DNA of 64,000 nt from Sphingomonadales bacterium (GTDB lineage Bacteria; Pseudomonadota; Alphaproteobacteria; Sphingomonadales; Sphingomonadaceae): contig JANXUK010000067.1 of the NCBI GenBank assembly GCA_025356275.1, positions 4,526-68,525 on the forward strand, given 5' to 3'. Position numbers and translations under genes: made by a program. Positions 8,511-19,730 of this stretch are shown piece after piece. Position 1 is the stretch's first letter. Each line of letters starts with the position of its first letter. The notes below the pieces were generated by a model that was given only the letters and a program-made list of their open reading frames with translations, searched no databases and was not told the origin of the DNA.

Positions 8511-9911
8511 TCAGCGCGGCGCCGCGCGGGCGGCGATGTAATCCGCCACTGCATCATATTCGCCCGGCAGTGCGGCGCAGCGCTCCTCCCGCTCGAACAG
8601 GTCGCCAATCCGCGCCGGCAGCGACGGGCGGTGGCCGGTCGCCCGCTCCACCGCCTCGGGGAATTTGGCTGGGTGCGCGGTGGCCAGCGTGACCACTGGG
8701 ATCGCGGGATCGATACCGGTGGCACGCGCGGCGTGCAGGCCGATCGCGGTGTGCGGATCGATCAGCTCGCCCGCGCCGTCCCACGCCCAGCGGATCGCGC
8801 GCGCCATATCGTCGGCATCGGCGCGGGCGCTGGTGAACAGTTTCGCTGCGCCATCGCGTTGAACGTTGCTCAGCTGCATCGCCTTGCTCGCCTCGAAGCC
8901 GGCCATCTGCGCTGCCATGGATTTGCCATCGCGCCCGCCCAGATCGAACAGCAGCCGCTCGAAATTCGACGAGACCTGGATGTCCATCGAAGGCGCGGCG
9001 GTCGGCGTAACGGTGCCGGCCGAGTAGTCGCCGCTGCCGAGCGCGCGGTGCAGAATGTCATTGACGTTGGTGGCGACGATCAGCCGCGCCACCGGCAGGC
9101 CCATCTGCGCCGCGACATACCCGGCGAACACATCTCCGAAATTGCCGGTCGGCACCGCGAAGGCCACTTGCCGGGCAGGCGCGCCCAGTTGCAACGCGGC
9201 GGCGAAATAATACACCACCTGCGCCATCAGCCGCGCCCAGTTGATCGAATTGACCGCGCCGATGGCGAAGCGCCCGATCATGCCGCGGTCGCCAAACATC
9301 CGCTTCACGATGGCCTGCGCATCGTCGAAGCTGGCGTGGTCGAGCGCGATATTGTGCACGTTCGCCGCCAGAACCGTGGTCATCTGGCGGCGCTGAACAT
9401 CGCTGACCCGGCCCTTGGGATGGAGCATGAAAATGTCGATCCCGGCGCGGCCCGCCACCGCGTCAATCGCCGCCGAGCCGGTATCGCCCGAAGTTGCACC
9501 CACAATGGTCAGATTGCCGCCGCGCTGGGTCAGGAACTCCTCAAACAACAGCCCCAGCAATTGCAGCGCCACATCCTTGAACGCCAGCGTCGGCCCATGG
9601 AACAATTCAAGCAGCCAATGCTGATGATCGAGCTGGATCAGCGGGGTCACGGCAGCATGCGCGAAGCGGCCATAGGCAGCGGTGGTCAGCTCCAGCAGGC
9701 GCTGCGGCGTCAGGCTGTCGCCGACGAAGGGCTGCATCACCCGCTGCGCCAGCTGGGCATAGGGCAGGCCAGCCATCGCCGCGATCTCGGCCTCGGTGAA
9801 GCGTGGCCAGTGGCGCGGCAAATACAGCCCCCCGTCGCCGGCAAGGCCCGCGAGGGTGGCGCCGGCGAAATCGAGCGCGGGGGCAGCGCCTCTGGTGGAG
9901 ATATAGTCCAT
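8511..9911 (-). CDS. thrC: Threonine synthase
   Basis: MDYISTRG, ELFHGPTLAFKD (PLP lysine), ATSGDTG, NSINWAR, TAHPAKF. Confidence 0.98.
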   Translation of the reverse strand: MDYISTRGAAPALDFAGATLAGLAGDGGLYLPRHWPRFTEAEIAAMAGLPYAQLAQRVMQPFVGDSLTPQRLLELTTAAYGRFAHAAVTPLIQLDHQHWLLELFHGPTLAFKDVALQLLGLLFEEFLTQRGGNLTIVGATSGDTGSAAIDAVAGRAGIDIFMLHPKGRVSDVQRRQMTTVLAANVHNIALDHASFDDAQAIVKRMFGDRGMIGRFAIGAVNSINWARLMAQVVYYFAAALQLGAPARQVAFAVPTGNFGDVFAGYVAAQMGLPVARLIVATNVNDILHRALGSGDYSAGTVTPTAAPSMDIQVSSNFERLLFDLGGRDGKSMAAQMAGFEASKAMQLSNVQRDGAAKLFTSARADADDMARAIRWAWDGAGELIDPHTAIGLHAARATGIDPAIPVVTLATAHPAKFPEAVERATGHRPSLPARIGDLFEREERCAALPGEYDAVADYIAARAAPR

Positions 9912-9976
9912 GCAGGCGCGGTTAGCGGGGCCGGCCCGTGCGGGCAAGCCGCTTGCGCTATTCCGGGGCGCTTGCG

Positions 9977-10600
9977 CTATTCGGGTTGGGTCGCGCCCAT
10001 CCGCCGCCACAGCGCGATGGCATAGATCACCAGCGCGGTGGCAGCGAACAGGAACCATTGCATCGCATAGGCGAAGTGGTTGTTGACGATGTCGCGCGGG
10101 TCGGGCCGGGCATTGGGGGCAAGCCCGGCCAGCGGCGGATCGGCGACGAGGCGCGGCCCCGGCGCGATCATGCCTTGCGCGCTGCCTCCCGCCCAGTCGC
10201 CACCCGGTAGATCGGGCGACCAGCCCAGCACGATGTCGGCCCGCGCGGTACGCATGCCGGCCTTTGCCGCCTGACCGTCACCCCACCGGAATTCGCAGGT
10301 AGCGATGTGGGCCCATCCGGCTTGCCCCCGCGCGTTGCGCCCGGACACCGCTTTGGTGGCGGTGATGCGGGTGCAATCGACGTGGCTGTGGTGGTAGAGC
10401 GCGGCCTCGGCGCCGGCTTTGTCATGCGGAAACTCGGTCTCGCCGGTCTGGGTGCTCGCCGCCGAATAGCGCGCGATCAGCGCCTCCTTCCAGGCCAGCC
10501 GGTGCAACTGCCACACGCCCAGCCAGATCATCGCCGTCACCGCCGCCGCGACGATCAGCGTGGCGAGCACCGGAATGCGCCTGATCATAGCGACGCTCAT
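9977..10600 (-). CDS. SURF1/Shy1 family cytochrome oxidase assembly protein
   Basis: LGVWQLHRLAWK and NNHFAYAMQWF. Confidence 0.93.
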   Translation of the reverse strand: MSVAMIRRIPVLATLIVAAAVTAMIWLGVWQLHRLAWKEALIARYSAASTQTGETEFPHDKAGAEAALYHHSHVDCTRITATKAVSGRNARGQAGWAHIATCEFRWGDGQAAKAGMRTARADIVLGWSPDLPGGDWAGGSAQGMIAPGPRLVADPPLAGLAPNARPDPRDIVNNHFAYAMQWFLFAATALVIYAIALWRRMGATQPE

Positions 10601-10977
10601 GGCAAATCGCTCCCCGAGCCGCGATACTCACCCGCCCGCCGGCGATATTCTGCCGCCAGCAACGCCGCCTTGCCCGCGCGCAGGCCCCAGGTCGTGACGC
10701 CCAGCCCCAGCGGGGTCAGCACCAGCACATAGACCCACCACGCCGGGTCCCAGCGCAGCGCCATCCACCCGGCAAGCCCCACCATCAGCGCGCCGACAAA
10801 GAAGGTCAGGAACGCCGCCGGGCCGTCGCCAACGTTGAAGCTGGCGAAATCAAGATCGCAGGTGCTGCAACGCGGTGCGAAATGGGCCAAGCCCGCAAAC
10901 AGATCACGCGCGCCGCACCGCGGGCACAGGCCAAGCAGCGCGGCAGGAACCAATCCAGGCTCTGCCATGTCAGGCAT
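10597..10977 (-). CDS. DUF983-type membrane protein
   Basis: CPRCG..LF...CSTC zinc-ribbon-like pair, GDGPA motif, two TM helices. Confidence 0.85.
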   Translation of the reverse strand: MPDMAEPGLVPAALLGLCPRCGARDLFAGLAHFAPRCSTCDLDFASFNVGDGPAAFLTFFVGALMVGLAGWMALRWDPAWWVYVLVLTPLGLGVTTWGLRAGKAALLAAEYRRRAGEYRGSGSDLP

Positions 10978-10992
10978 GGCCGACAACCCAGC

Positions 10993-11814
10993 TCAGTCTA
11001 CCGCAAAGCCCCAATTGCCCCACACATAGATGCACAGGAACAGGAACAGCCATACCACATCGACGAAATGCCAATACCACGCCGCCGCCTCGAAGCCGAA
11101 ATGCTGACGCGGGGTGAAATCGCCATTATACGTGCGCTTGAGGCAAATTGCGAGGAAGATGGTGCCGATGATGACGTGGAAGCCATGGAAACCCGTCGCC
11201 ATATAGAACGCCGAGCCATAGGTGTTCAGGCCGAATTTGAACGGCGCATGCGCATATTCAAACGCCTGCAGGCTGGTGAACAGCATGCCAAGCACGATCG
11301 TGCACCACAGCCCGGTCTTGAGCCCCTTGCGATCACCATGGATCAGGCAATGATGCGCCCAGGTCACGGTGGTGCCCGAGCACAACAGGATCAGCGTGTT
11401 GAGCAGCGGCAGGTCGAACGCGTTCAGCACCGCGTCGAGGCTCTTGGGCGGCCATTGCCCGCCGATTGCCGCGACCAGCGGGGTCGGGAACAGCGAGAAA
11501 TCGAAGAAGGCCCAGAACCAGCCGACGAAGAACATCACTTCCGATGCGATAAACAGGATCATGCCATAGCGCAGGTGCAGTTGCACCACCGGCGTATGAT
11601 CGCCGGCATGCGCCTCACGGATCACATTGCTCCACCAACTGTACATCGTCAGCAGCACCAGCGCGAAGCCGAGCGGCAGCAGCACCTTGCCCGCCGCGAT
11701 GCCATGCATCGACAGCGCGCCGCCAGTGGTCATGCACAGTGCCGAAGCAGCGCCGATCAGCGGCCAGATGTCGGGCGGCAGGATGTGGTAATCATGGTTC
11801 TTGGCGCCGGACAT
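10993..11814 (-). CDS. coxC: Cytochrome c oxidase subunit III
   Basis: GMILFIASEVMFF, TGFHGFHV, WYWHFVDVVWLFL. Confidence 0.98.
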   Translation of the reverse strand: MSGAKNHDYHILPPDIWPLIGAASALCMTTGGALSMHGIAAGKVLLPLGFALVLLTMYSWWSNVIREAHAGDHTPVVQLHLRYGMILFIASEVMFFVGWFWAFFDFSLFPTPLVAAIGGQWPPKSLDAVLNAFDLPLLNTLILLCSGTTVTWAHHCLIHGDRKGLKTGLWCTIVLGMLFTSLQAFEYAHAPFKFGLNTYGSAFYMATGFHGFHVIIGTIFLAICLKRTYNGDFTPRQHFGFEAAAWYWHFVDVVWLFLFLCIYVWGNWGFAVD

Positions 11815-11918
11815 GGTGCGTATACTCCCCGGGGGTAGGCTGATGGGGGGATGGTCCCCCCGGATTCATCCGACATGCGTTAACTGGGCCGTTGCGATTG
11901 GTCCAGAGGGTTCTGACC

Positions 11919-12512
11919 CTATACCGCCGGCTTTTGCCCGGAAGCGGACTGCGCGACCGGGTGGAACGTATAGCTCAGCGTGATCTGGCGGACATCGGCA
12001 AGGTCAGGGTCGTCGACGATCTTGGGATTGACGAAATAGATCACCGGCATCCGCACCGACTGATGCGCCGCCAGCGTCTGCTGGGTGAAGCAGAAGCACT
12101 GCACCTTGGTGAAGTAGCGGGCGGCCTCGTCCGGCTGGATGTTATAACTGGCCGAGCCAGTGATCGCATGGTCCGAAGTGTTCTCGGCATCGAACAGGGC
12201 CATGGCCCGCGCGCCGATGCGGACGGTGGCGGTGGTTGCCTCCGGGTGGAAGCGCCACGGCATGCCGGGATCGATATTGCTGTCGAAGCGGATCGACATC
12301 GTGCGGTCGAGCACCTTAATATGGCTGGCGGCCAGGGCGGTTGCGCGCTGGGGCGTGCCGTTGAACCCCGTCGCCTGACAGAACATCCGGTACAGCGGCA
12401 CCGCAATATAGCCCATGCCCAGCATCAGCACCGCAAAGCTCAATGCGATCAGCCCGACGCGGCGGTTGCGGCCATCGATGGGCGCGCGGGCCGAGGAAGC
12501 ATTGGGGGCCAT
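11919..12512 (-). CDS. ctaG: Cytochrome c oxidase Cu-assembly protein Cox11/CtaG
   Basis: VPLYRMFCQATG, YFTKVQCFCF. Confidence 0.96.
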   Translation of the reverse strand: MAPNASSARAPIDGRNRRVGLIALSFAVLMLGMGYIAVPLYRMFCQATGFNGTPQRATALAASHIKVLDRTMSIRFDSNIDPGMPWRFHPEATTATVRIGARAMALFDAENTSDHAITGSASYNIQPDEAARYFTKVQCFCFTQQTLAAHQSVRMPVIYFVNPKIVDDPDLADVRQITLSYTFHPVAQSASGQKPAV

Positions 12513-12643
12513 CAGACCTTCATCTTGACCACGGTGATCGCAAAGAACAGCGCCACCATCGCCAGCAGCGCCAGGGCGGTAATCCGGTTGCGCGCCGCGA
12601 TGATGCGGCGACGCTCGATCTCGGCAGGGTCGATGTCTTGCAT
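12512..12643 (-). CDS. Small single-TM protein (43 aa) of the cox operon
   Basis: Manual translation MQDIDPAEIERRRIIAARNRITALALLAMVALFFAITVVKMKV; stop overlaps ctaG ATG; below ORF-track cutoff. Confidence 0.75.
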   Translation of the reverse strand: MQDIDPAEIERRRIIAARNRITALALLAMVALFFAITVVKMKV

Positions 12644-12646
12644 GGG

Positions 12647-13552
12647 TCAGCCTTTCGCCAGCAGCAGATGATCGGCAACCAGCGCGCCGAACAGCACGAA
12701 CAGATAGAGGATCGAGAATTTGAACGCCTGCTTCTCGGGCTGCATCGCATCGTCCGGCCCGGTGCTGCGGCGCAGGCCCACCCTGAGCGTCAGCGCGAGG
12801 AACCCGGCCGAGAGCAGCAGCGCCGCGATGCCATAGATCGGGCCGGCCCCGCCGATCGCCCAGGGCACCACGCTGAGCGGCAGCAGCAGCGCGGCATAGA
12901 GCATGATCTGGCGCCGCGTCGCGGCCTCGCCTGCCACCACCGGCAACATCGGGATGCCGACCTTGGCGTAATCGCTCTCAACAAACAGCGCCAGGCTCCA
13001 GAAATGGGGCGGGGTCCAGATGAAGATGATCGCGAACAGCACGATCGGCATCAGCGTAATGTGCCCCGTCACCGCGACCCAGCCGATCAGCGGCGGAAAC
13101 GCACCCGCGCCGCCGCCAATCACGATGTTCTGCGGCGTGCGCGGCTTGAGCCAGATGGTATAGACCACAGCGTAATAGACGATCGAAATCGCCAGTATGA
13201 CCGCCGGGAGCCAGCCGACAAAATACATCACAAACACTGATGCCGCCGCCAGCAGGCCGCCAAAATCGCGCGCGCTGGTCCGGTCCATCCGTCCGGCAGG
13301 CAGAGGCCGCTGGGCAGTGCGCTTCATGCCGGCATCGAGATCGGCCTCCCACCACTGGTTGAGTGCCGCTGCGCCGCCCGCGCCCAAAGCGATGCACAAG
13401 ATCGCGGTGAAGCCCAGCACCGGGTTGATATGCCCCGGCGCTGTCAGCATGCCGCACAGTCCGGTGAAGATGACAAGGCTCATCACCCGCGGCTTGGTCA
13501 GCGCGAAGAAATCGCGCCAGTCGGTGGGCATGGGGGCAGCGGCGGTCGGCAT
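12647..13552 (-). CDS. ctaB: Protoheme IX farnesyltransferase (heme O synthase)
   Basis: [29 protein letters not shown]; ATG 13552 preferred. Confidence 0.96.
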   Translation of the reverse strand: MPTAAAPMPTDWRDFFALTKPRVMSLVIFTGLCGMLTAPGHINPVLGFTAILCIALGAGGAAALNQWWEADLDAGMKRTAQRPLPAGRMDRTSARDFGGLLAAASVFVMYFVGWLPAVILAISIVYYAVVYTIWLKPRTPQNIVIGGGAGAFPPLIGWVAVTGHITLMPIVLFAIIFIWTPPHFWSLALFVESDYAKVGIPMLPVVAGEAATRRQIMLYAALLLPLSVVPWAIGGAGPIYGIAALLLSAGFLALTLRVGLRRSTGPDDAMQPEKQAFKFSILYLFVLFGALVADHLLLAKG

Positions 13553-13600
13553 GGCGGGCCTATAGAACGGCGGGGCCGCTTGCGATAGTGCTAGATGGCG

Positions 13601-13764
13601 GTTTGATTGGTCCTCTTGCGGCGGCAACGCCTGTGCCATCTTGAGTCTGTCTGACTGGCGACCTTGCGGTCGCAGCCCGTGCCATCCCGCGCCCCCTCGC
13701 GACCTCCCATTCAGGATGCGCGCTGTGGGAGGTCGGGAGGGGGCGCGGGATGGCACGGGCTGCA
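13601..13764. repeat. Family A repeat: degenerate partial arm (13601-13640) plus near-complete copy (13643-13764)
   Basis: gagtctgtctgactggcgacc...gcagcccgtgccatccc...gggatggcacgggctgc; matches 4953-5090. Confidence 0.82.
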
Positions 13765-13810
13765 CTTCACGAAAGCGCCCTTTCGCCCTTTTCGCCAAAC
13801 ACCCGCCACG

Positions 13811-13841
13811 AAAAACCCCGGAGGTTGCCCTCCGGGGTTTT
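13811..13841. terminator. Intrinsic terminator downstream of coxA, bidirectional form
   Basis: aaaaaccccggagg-ttg-ccctccggggtttt. Confidence 0.85.
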
Positions 13842-13869
13842 CGATTTAGCGCAACACGCCCAGATCAAT

Positions 13870-13975
13870 GGCTATGACCATCCGATCACGAACAATGACG
13901 GTGATCATCGCCATCACGCTTAATGAAGGTGATCGTCGCCGATCACGCTTAATGATGGTGATCGTCGCCGATCAC
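13870..13975. repeat. 29-bp tandem repeat made of the coxA 3' end including its stop codon
   Basis: 13947-13975 and 13918-13946 differ by 1 nt; 13890-13917 and 13870-13889 are progressively degenerate. Confidence 0.85.
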
Positions 13976-15637
13976 GGGCAGCGTCTCGAACTGATGATAG
14001 GGCGGCGGGCTCGACAGCGTCCATTCGAGCGTGGTCGCACCCTCGCCCCAATAATTGCCCTCGGCCTTTTTGCCGGCGATGAAAGCATAGGCGATGTTGA
14101 CGAAGAAGATCACCATCGAGGAGGCCATCACCAGATAGCCCATCGAGGCGAAGTGGTTCCAATGCTCAAACTGCGGCGCATAATTGGGCACGCGGCGCGG
14201 CATGCCTTGTGCGCCCAGGAAGTGCATCGGGAAGAAGATCAGGTTCACGCCGACGAAGAATACCCAGAAATGCGCGTGGGCCAGAAACTCCGAATGCATC
14301 TTGCCGCTCATCTTGGGGAACCAGTAATAGAAGCCCGCGAACAGCGACGTCACCGCACCCAGCGACAGCACGTAGTGGAAATGCGCCACGACGTAATACG
14401 TGTCCTGAAGGTTGTCGTCGATGCCGCCATTGGCCAGCACCACGCCGGTTACCCCGCCGACGGTGAACAGAAAGATGAAGCCCATCGCCCACACCATCGG
14501 CGATTTGAAGCTGATCGAACCGCCCCACATCGTCGCGACCCAGCTGAAGATCTTGATCCCGGTGGGCACCGCGATCACCATCGTGGCGGTGGTGAAGTAC
14601 ATCTTGACGTCTTCGGACAATCCAGTGGTGTACATATGGTGCGCCCACACGACAAAGCCGACCACGCCGATCGCGACCATGGCATAGGCCATGCCGAGAT
14701 AACCGAACACCGGCTTGCGGCTGAAGGTGCTGACGATCTGGCTGATCATCCCGAAGCCGGGCAGGATCATGATGTAAACTTCGGGATGACCGAAGAACCA
14801 GAACAGGTGCTGGAACAGGATCGGGTCGCCGCCGCCACTGGCATCGAAGAAGGTGGTGTGGAAATTACGGTCGGTAATCAGCATGGTGATCGCGGCGGCC
14901 AACACCGGCATCGCCAACAGCAGCAGGAACGCGGTGACCAGCATCGACCACACGAACAGCGGCATCTTGTGCAGCGTCATCCCCGGCGCGCGCATGTTGA
15001 AGATGGTGGTGATGAAATTGATCGCCCCCATGATCGAGCCCGCGCCAGCCAGATGCAGCGAGAAAATAGCGAAATCGACCGCCGGGCCCTGGCTGCCGCT
15101 GGTCGAGAGCGGGGCATAGGCGGTCCAGCCGATGCCGGCGCCATTGCCAACGCCGCCCGGCACGAAGGCCGAGATCATCAAGCTGCAAAAACCCGCCACG
15201 GTCAGCCAGAAGCTGATATTGTTCATCCGCGGGAACGCCATGTCGGGCGCGCCGATCATCAGCGGTACGAACCAGTTGCCAAAGCCGCCGATCATCGCCG
15301 GCATCACCATGAAAAAGACCATGATCAGGCCGTGTGCGGTGATCAGCACGTTCCAAAGATGCAATTGCTGATCGAAACTGGGGTTATGCACGCCCAGCCA
15401 GCCAGCAAAAGTCCCGAGATACTGGATACCCGGATGCGACAGTTCGGCGCGCATCATCCCCGAGATCGCGCCGCCGATGATCCCGGCGGTGATCGCGAAG
15501 ATCAGATAGAGCGTGCCGATGTCCTTGTGATTGGTGGACATGAACCAGCGGGCGAAAAACGCCGGCTTGTGGTCGCCGTCATGCGCGTGATCATGCGGAT
15601 CGCCGTGCGCCTGGAAGTGGTCAGCTGTGGTGGCCAT
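13949..15637 (-). CDS. coxA: Cytochrome c oxidase subunit I (aa3 type)
   Basis: [30 protein letters not shown]. Confidence 0.99.
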   Translation of the reverse strand: MATTADHFQAHGDPHDHAHDGDHKPAFFARWFMSTNHKDIGTLYLIFAITAGIIGGAISGMMRAELSHPGIQYLGTFAGWLGVHNPSFDQQLHLWNVLITAHGLIMVFFMVMPAMIGGFGNWFVPLMIGAPDMAFPRMNNISFWLTVAGFCSLMISAFVPGGVGNGAGIGWTAYAPLSTSGSQGPAVDFAIFSLHLAGAGSIMGAINFITTIFNMRAPGMTLHKMPLFVWSMLVTAFLLLLAMPVLAAAITMLITDRNFHTTFFDASGGGDPILFQHLFWFFGHPEVYIMILPGFGMISQIVSTFSRKPVFGYLGMAYAMVAIGVVGFVVWAHHMYTTGLSEDVKMYFTTATMVIAVPTGIKIFSWVATMWGGSISFKSPMVWAMGFIFLFTVGGVTGVVLANGGIDDNLQDTYYVVAHFHYVLSLGAVTSLFAGFYYWFPKMSGKMHSEFLAHAHFWVFFVGVNLIFFPMHFLGAQGMPRRVPNYAPQFEHWNHFASMGYLVMASSMVIFFVNIAYAFIAGKKAEGNYWGEGATTLEWTLSSPPPYHQFETLPVIGDDHHH

Positions 15638-15670
15638 GGTTTGCTTTGCCTCGGGTATCTGTAAGGGGGC

Positions 15671-16846
15671 TCAGCCGGCGGGGGCCGGCGAGGGAGCGGA
15701 TGCAGCGGCATTCGCAGCGGGAGCTGGGGCAGTAGCTGGCGCGCCGTCGATCTTGCCGCCCGAATGCGTCATCACCCAGGCGTTGAACTGCGGACGGGGC
15801 AGCGCCTCGACCGCGATCGGCATATAGCCGTGACGCACGCCGCACAGCTCCGAACACTGACCATAATAGACGCCGGGCACCTTGATGAACAACATCTTCT
15901 CATTGATACGGCCCGGCACCGCGTCCAGCTTGAACCAAAGCGAGGGCACCGAGAACGAGTGGATCACATCGGCGCCGGTGGTCTGCAGCCGGATCGGCTC
16001 ACCCACGGGCACGACCATGCGATTGTCCGAGGCCAGCTGGCGCGGGCCGTCATCGTCGGTGCGGAAGCGCTCGCCCGGCTTGGCATCTTCCTTTTCCTTC
16101 AGGAAGTTCGAGGTAACCTCGATCCCGCCATTGTCGGGATAGGAATAGCTCCAGTACCACTGGTTGCCGGTTGCCTTCACGGTCAGCGCATTGGCCGGCA
16201 GCGCGGCATATTGCTTGGCCAGCAGCTTCATCGAGGGAACGAAGATCGCCACAAGGATAAAGATCGGGATCGCAACCCAGATCACCTCCAGCATGGTGTT
16301 ATGCGTGGTCTTGGAAGGCACCTTGTTGCGCGCGGAGCGGTAGGCGAATACCACCCACATCAACAGGCCCAGCACGAAGATGCTGATCGCAATGATCACC
16401 GGCATCAGGATCGTATTGTGCATCCACAGGGCATAGGTGCCATTGGGCGAATACTGGTCCTGAAAGCCGATGCCGCCATCGACCGGCATGCCCTTGCCCG
16501 CCGTGGGCTTCATCGGGGTATAGCCGCCGGTGGCGACGGTGAAATGATCGGCGCTGTAGGCAACCTTGGGGCCGGTGGCGGCAGCGCCCGGGCCGGTGTT
16601 GACCGGCGCGGCGACCGCCGGAGCAGCGGCGGCGGGTGCGGCGGGCGTAACCGCCGGGTCAGCTGTCGCAGGGACGGCGGGAGCGGCAGCGACCGAAGCG
16701 GCGGGTGCGGGCGCCAATGCCGCCGGGGCCTGACCCATCGCCAGTTGCGGCACCGCGAACAGCGCAAGCGCCAGCGGAAGCATCCGCAATTTGCGGCCGA
16801 TCGCCGCCAAATTCATACCCTGGTTGATCATTTCGGGGTCGATCAT
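15671..16846 (-). CDS. coxB: Cytochrome c oxidase subunit II with long Ala/Pro linker; start may be 16819
   Basis: GNQWYWSY, DVIHS, CSELCGVRHGYM CuA motif. Confidence 0.97.
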   Translation of the reverse strand: MIDPEMINQGMNLAAIGRKLRMLPLALALFAVPQLAMGQAPAALAPAPAASVAAAPAVPATADPAVTPAAPAAAAPAVAAPVNTGPGAAATGPKVAYSADHFTVATGGYTPMKPTAGKGMPVDGGIGFQDQYSPNGTYALWMHNTILMPVIIAISIFVLGLLMWVVFAYRSARNKVPSKTTHNTMLEVIWVAIPIFILVAIFVPSMKLLAKQYAALPANALTVKATGNQWYWSYSYPDNGGIEVTSNFLKEKEDAKPGERFRTDDDGPRQLASDNRMVVPVGEPIRLQTTGADVIHSFSVPSLWFKLDAVPGRINEKMLFIKVPGVYYGQCSELCGVRHGYMPIAVEALPRPQFNAWVMTHSGGKIDGAPATAPAPAANAAASAPSPAPAG

Positions 16847-17061
16847 TTCGGTCTACGCTTCCCACTGTTGGCGACCATACGCCATCCCGAATCCGGGCAA
16901 ATCCACAAGCGGCAGGGGCGCGCAAAGCTGCCCTCCTCCGCTTGCATAACTTGGCCTATACGCGGCCTTGCCGGCAGTCTCAAGCACCTCTAGGGGGTAT
17001 TTTTGTCGGCCGGGCGAAGCTTTTGCCCTGTGGCCGGCCCAGCGCGAAGGACTATCTGGCA

Positions 17062-17643
17062 ATGCAGGACGAAGACGTGCTGGCCGAGTTTCGCGGTGCG
17101 GCGGCCTTGCTGGAGGGGCATTTCCTGCTCTCCTCGGGCCGGCACAGCGGCTATTACCTGCAATGCGCCCGTGTTTTGATGGACCCGATGCGGGCTCAGC
17201 GGCTGGCCGTGGCCCTGGCCGCCAAGCTCCCGCGCGAGCTGCGGCGCGAGATCGATGTAGTGGTGTCGCCGGCCATGGGCGGCGTGATCATCGGGCACGA
17301 AATGGGCCGCGCGCTGGGGGTGGAGGCGCTGTTTGTCGAGCGCCCGACCGGGGTTTTCGAGCTGAGGCGCGGGTTCGCGCTGGCGCCGGGGGCCAGGGTG
17401 CTGCTGGTCGAGGACGTCGTGACCACCGGGCTGTCCTCGCGTGAGGCGATTGCGGCGGTCGCGGCGGCGGGCGGCAAAGTGATCGCGGCGGCGGCGCTGG
17501 TCGACCGTTCGGCGGGCTCCGCCGATCTGGGAGTACCGTTCTTTCCGCTGATCGCGCTCAATTTTCCGACCTATGCCGCAGGCGAGGTGCCCGCCGATCT
17601 GGCTGCCGTTCCGATCACCAAGCCGGGCAGCCGGGCGGCGTGA
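17062..17643 (+). CDS. pyrE: Orotate phosphoribosyltransferase
   Basis: [27 protein letters not shown] motif. Confidence 0.97.
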   Translation: MQDEDVLAEFRGAAALLEGHFLLSSGRHSGYYLQCARVLMDPMRAQRLAVALAAKLPRELRREIDVVVSPAMGGVIIGHEMGRALGVEALFVERPTGVFELRRGFALAPGARVLLVEDVVTTGLSSREAIAAVAAAGGKVIAAAALVDRSAGSADLGVPFFPLIALNFPTYAAGEVPADLAAVPITKPGSRAA

Positions 17644-18365
17644 TGCGGCTGCGTCTCGGCGTCAACATTGATCATGTTGCCACCGTGCGCAACGCGCGGG
17701 GCGGCGATCATCCCGATCCGGTGCGCGCGGCGCAGATCGTCGCGGCGGTGGGCGGCGATGGCATCACCGCGCATCTGCGCGAGGATCGGCGGCATATCCG
17801 CGATGAGGATCTGGCGCGAATCCAGGCCTCGACCAACCTGCCACTCAATCTGGAGATGGCGGCGACCGACGAGATGGTGGAAATCGCGCTGCGTCATAGG
17901 CCACATGCCGCCTGCATCGTGCCCGAGCGGCGCGAGGAGCGCACCACAGAGGGCGGGCTGGACGCCGCCGGGCAGCACAACCGGCTGGCCCCGATCGTCA
18001 GTCGGCTGCGCGATGCCGGCATCCGCGTCAGCCTGTTCATCGCCCCGGAAGTGCGCCAGCTGGAGGCGGCTATGCGGCTGGGCGCGCCCGTCGTCGAGTT
18101 TCATACCGGCGAATATGCCCATGCCGATGCAGCCTCTGCCCCCGCGCAGCTGACGCGGCTGGCCGAGATGGCGGCGCTGGCGGTGAAGAACGGCATCGAG
18201 CCGCATGCCGGGCATGGGCTGACGTATGAGAACGTCCAGCCGGTCGCCGCGATCCCGCAACTGGCCGAGCTCAACATCGGGCACTACCTGATCGGCGAGG
18301 CGATCTTCACCGGGCTGGAGCATGCAGTGCGGCGGATGCGCGATTTGATGGATGCTGCGCGGTGA
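17640..18365 (+). CDS. pdxJ: Pyridoxine 5'-phosphate synthase
   Basis: [36 protein letters not shown]. Confidence 0.98.
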   Translation: MMRLRLGVNIDHVATVRNARGGDHPDPVRAAQIVAAVGGDGITAHLREDRRHIRDEDLARIQASTNLPLNLEMAATDEMVEIALRHRPHAACIVPERREERTTEGGLDAAGQHNRLAPIVSRLRDAGIRVSLFIAPEVRQLEAAMRLGAPVVEFHTGEYAHADAASAPAQLTRLAEMAALAVKNGIEPHAGHGLTYENVQPVAAIPQLAELNIGHYLIGEAIFTGLEHAVRRMRDLMDAAR

Positions 18366-18372
18366 GGTACCC

Positions 18373-18774
18373 ATGATCCTCGCCATCGGTTCCGACCTCT
18401 GCAATATCGAGCGCATCGCCGCCTCGCTGGCCCGGTTCGGCGAGCGGTTCGAGAACCGGGTGTTCACCGAGGTTGAGCGCGCCAAGGCCGCGCGTCGCCC
18501 GTTCACCAAAGCGGGCACGCTGGCCAAGCGCTTTGCCGCCAAGGAGGCGTTTTCCAAGGCGGTCGGCACCGGCTTCAAGGCCGGGGTGTTTATGAAGGAC
18601 ATCGGCGTGGTCAATGCAAAGTCGGGCGCGCCGACCCTCGCGCTGACCGGCGGGGCGGCGGCACGGCTGGCGGCGATTACCCCGGCGGGGCATCAGGCGG
18701 TGGTGCATCTGACGCTGACCGATGATCACCCCTGGGCGCAGGCCTTCGTGGTGATCGAGGCCCGGCCGCTGTGA
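18373..18774 (+). CDS. acpS: Holo-ACP synthase
   Basis: [23 protein letters not shown]. Confidence 0.97.
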   Translation: MILAIGSDLCNIERIAASLARFGERFENRVFTEVERAKAARRPFTKAGTLAKRFAAKEAFSKAVGTGFKAGVFMKDIGVVNAKSGAPTLALTGGAAARLAAITPAGHQAVVHLTLTDDHPWAQAFVVIEARPL

Positions 18775-19730
18775 CTGACGCTGTGAACGAAATCGCAAAG
18801 GCCCCTGCGGCGGCCAAGCCCCGCTTCGACTGGCTGGGCGAAATACGCGGGCTGGCCTTCATGCTGCTGGCAGTGCTCGCGTTTCACAGCATCGTCGCCA
18901 AGCCATTCTATATCCCCTCGGCCTCGATGCTGCCCAATCTGTGGGTCGGCGACCGGCTGGTGGTCAGCAAATATCCGTATGGCTGGAACTGGTCCTCGGC
19001 CAGTTTCCACTTGTTGCCGCGCGGTGGCTGGCGGATCTGGCCGCGTGACCCCGACTATGGTGATATCGTCATCGTCGTGCCGCGAGGCAGCGATGCCGAT
19101 TACATCAAGCGGGTGGTGGCGCGGCCCGGTGACCGGATCGCGGTGGTGGCTGGCCAGATCGTGCTGAACGGGCAGAAGGTGCCGCAAGCCGTGGAGCCGC
19201 CGGCCATCATCCCGCTGGGCGCGATCATCTCGCCCGAGGACCCCGATCCCTGCACCAGCGCCAGCTATTTCGGGATGCTGGCGCGCCAGCCTTCGGGCGC
19301 GATGGCCTGTGAAATGCCGATCCTGCGCGAGACTATGCCTAATGGCGCGACCTATCTGGTGGCCGACACGCATAATGGCGAGGCCGACAACCAGCCCGAA
19401 ATTACCGTCCCGGCCGATCACGTATTCCTGATGGGCGACAATCGCGGCAATTCGGCGGACAGCCGCTTTGCGCTGGTCGAGCGCGGGCTGGGCGGGCCGG
19501 TGCCGATTTCCGACATTGGCGGACGGGCGGAGTTCACGACATTCTCGCTGGAGCCGGGCGCGGGGTGGAACCCGCTGCATTGGTGGGGCGTATTGCGCAA
19601 ACATCGCGCGGGGCGCAGCCTGCGTCCGGCGTTGGATCCGGCCGCCTGTCTCGGCAAAGCTTGTGGCCTTTCGCGCTTTTCGCAAACAGATCGCAAACAG
19701 ACTCTTGGGGGAATGCGCGATGAGCAATGA
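18771..19730 (+). CDS. lepB: Signal peptidase I, with unusual C-terminal tail
   Basis: [18 protein letters not shown] (Ser), YIKRVV (Lys), [13 protein letters not shown]. Confidence 0.95.
   Translation: MTDAVNEIAKAPAAAKPRFDWLGEIRGLAFMLLAVLAFHSIVAKPFYIPSASMLPNLWVGDRLVVSKYPYGWNWSSASFHLLPRGGWRIWPRDPDYGDIVIVVPRGSDADYIKRVVARPGDRIAVVAGQIVLNGQKVPQAVEPPAIIPLGAIISPEDPDPCTSASYFGMLARQPSGAMACEMPILRETMPNGATYLVADTHNGEADNQPEITVPADHVFLMGDNRGNSADSRFALVERGLGGPVPISDIGGRAEFTTFSLEPGAGWNPLHWWGVLRKHRAGRSLRPALDPAACLGKACGLSRFSQTDRKQTLGGMRDEQ

Noticed and set aside
16825-16851. gatcatttcgg direct repeat at the coxB start
   Set aside because: Only two 11-bp copies and no recognisable regulator motif (not an FNR/FixK TTGAT-N4-ATCAA box)
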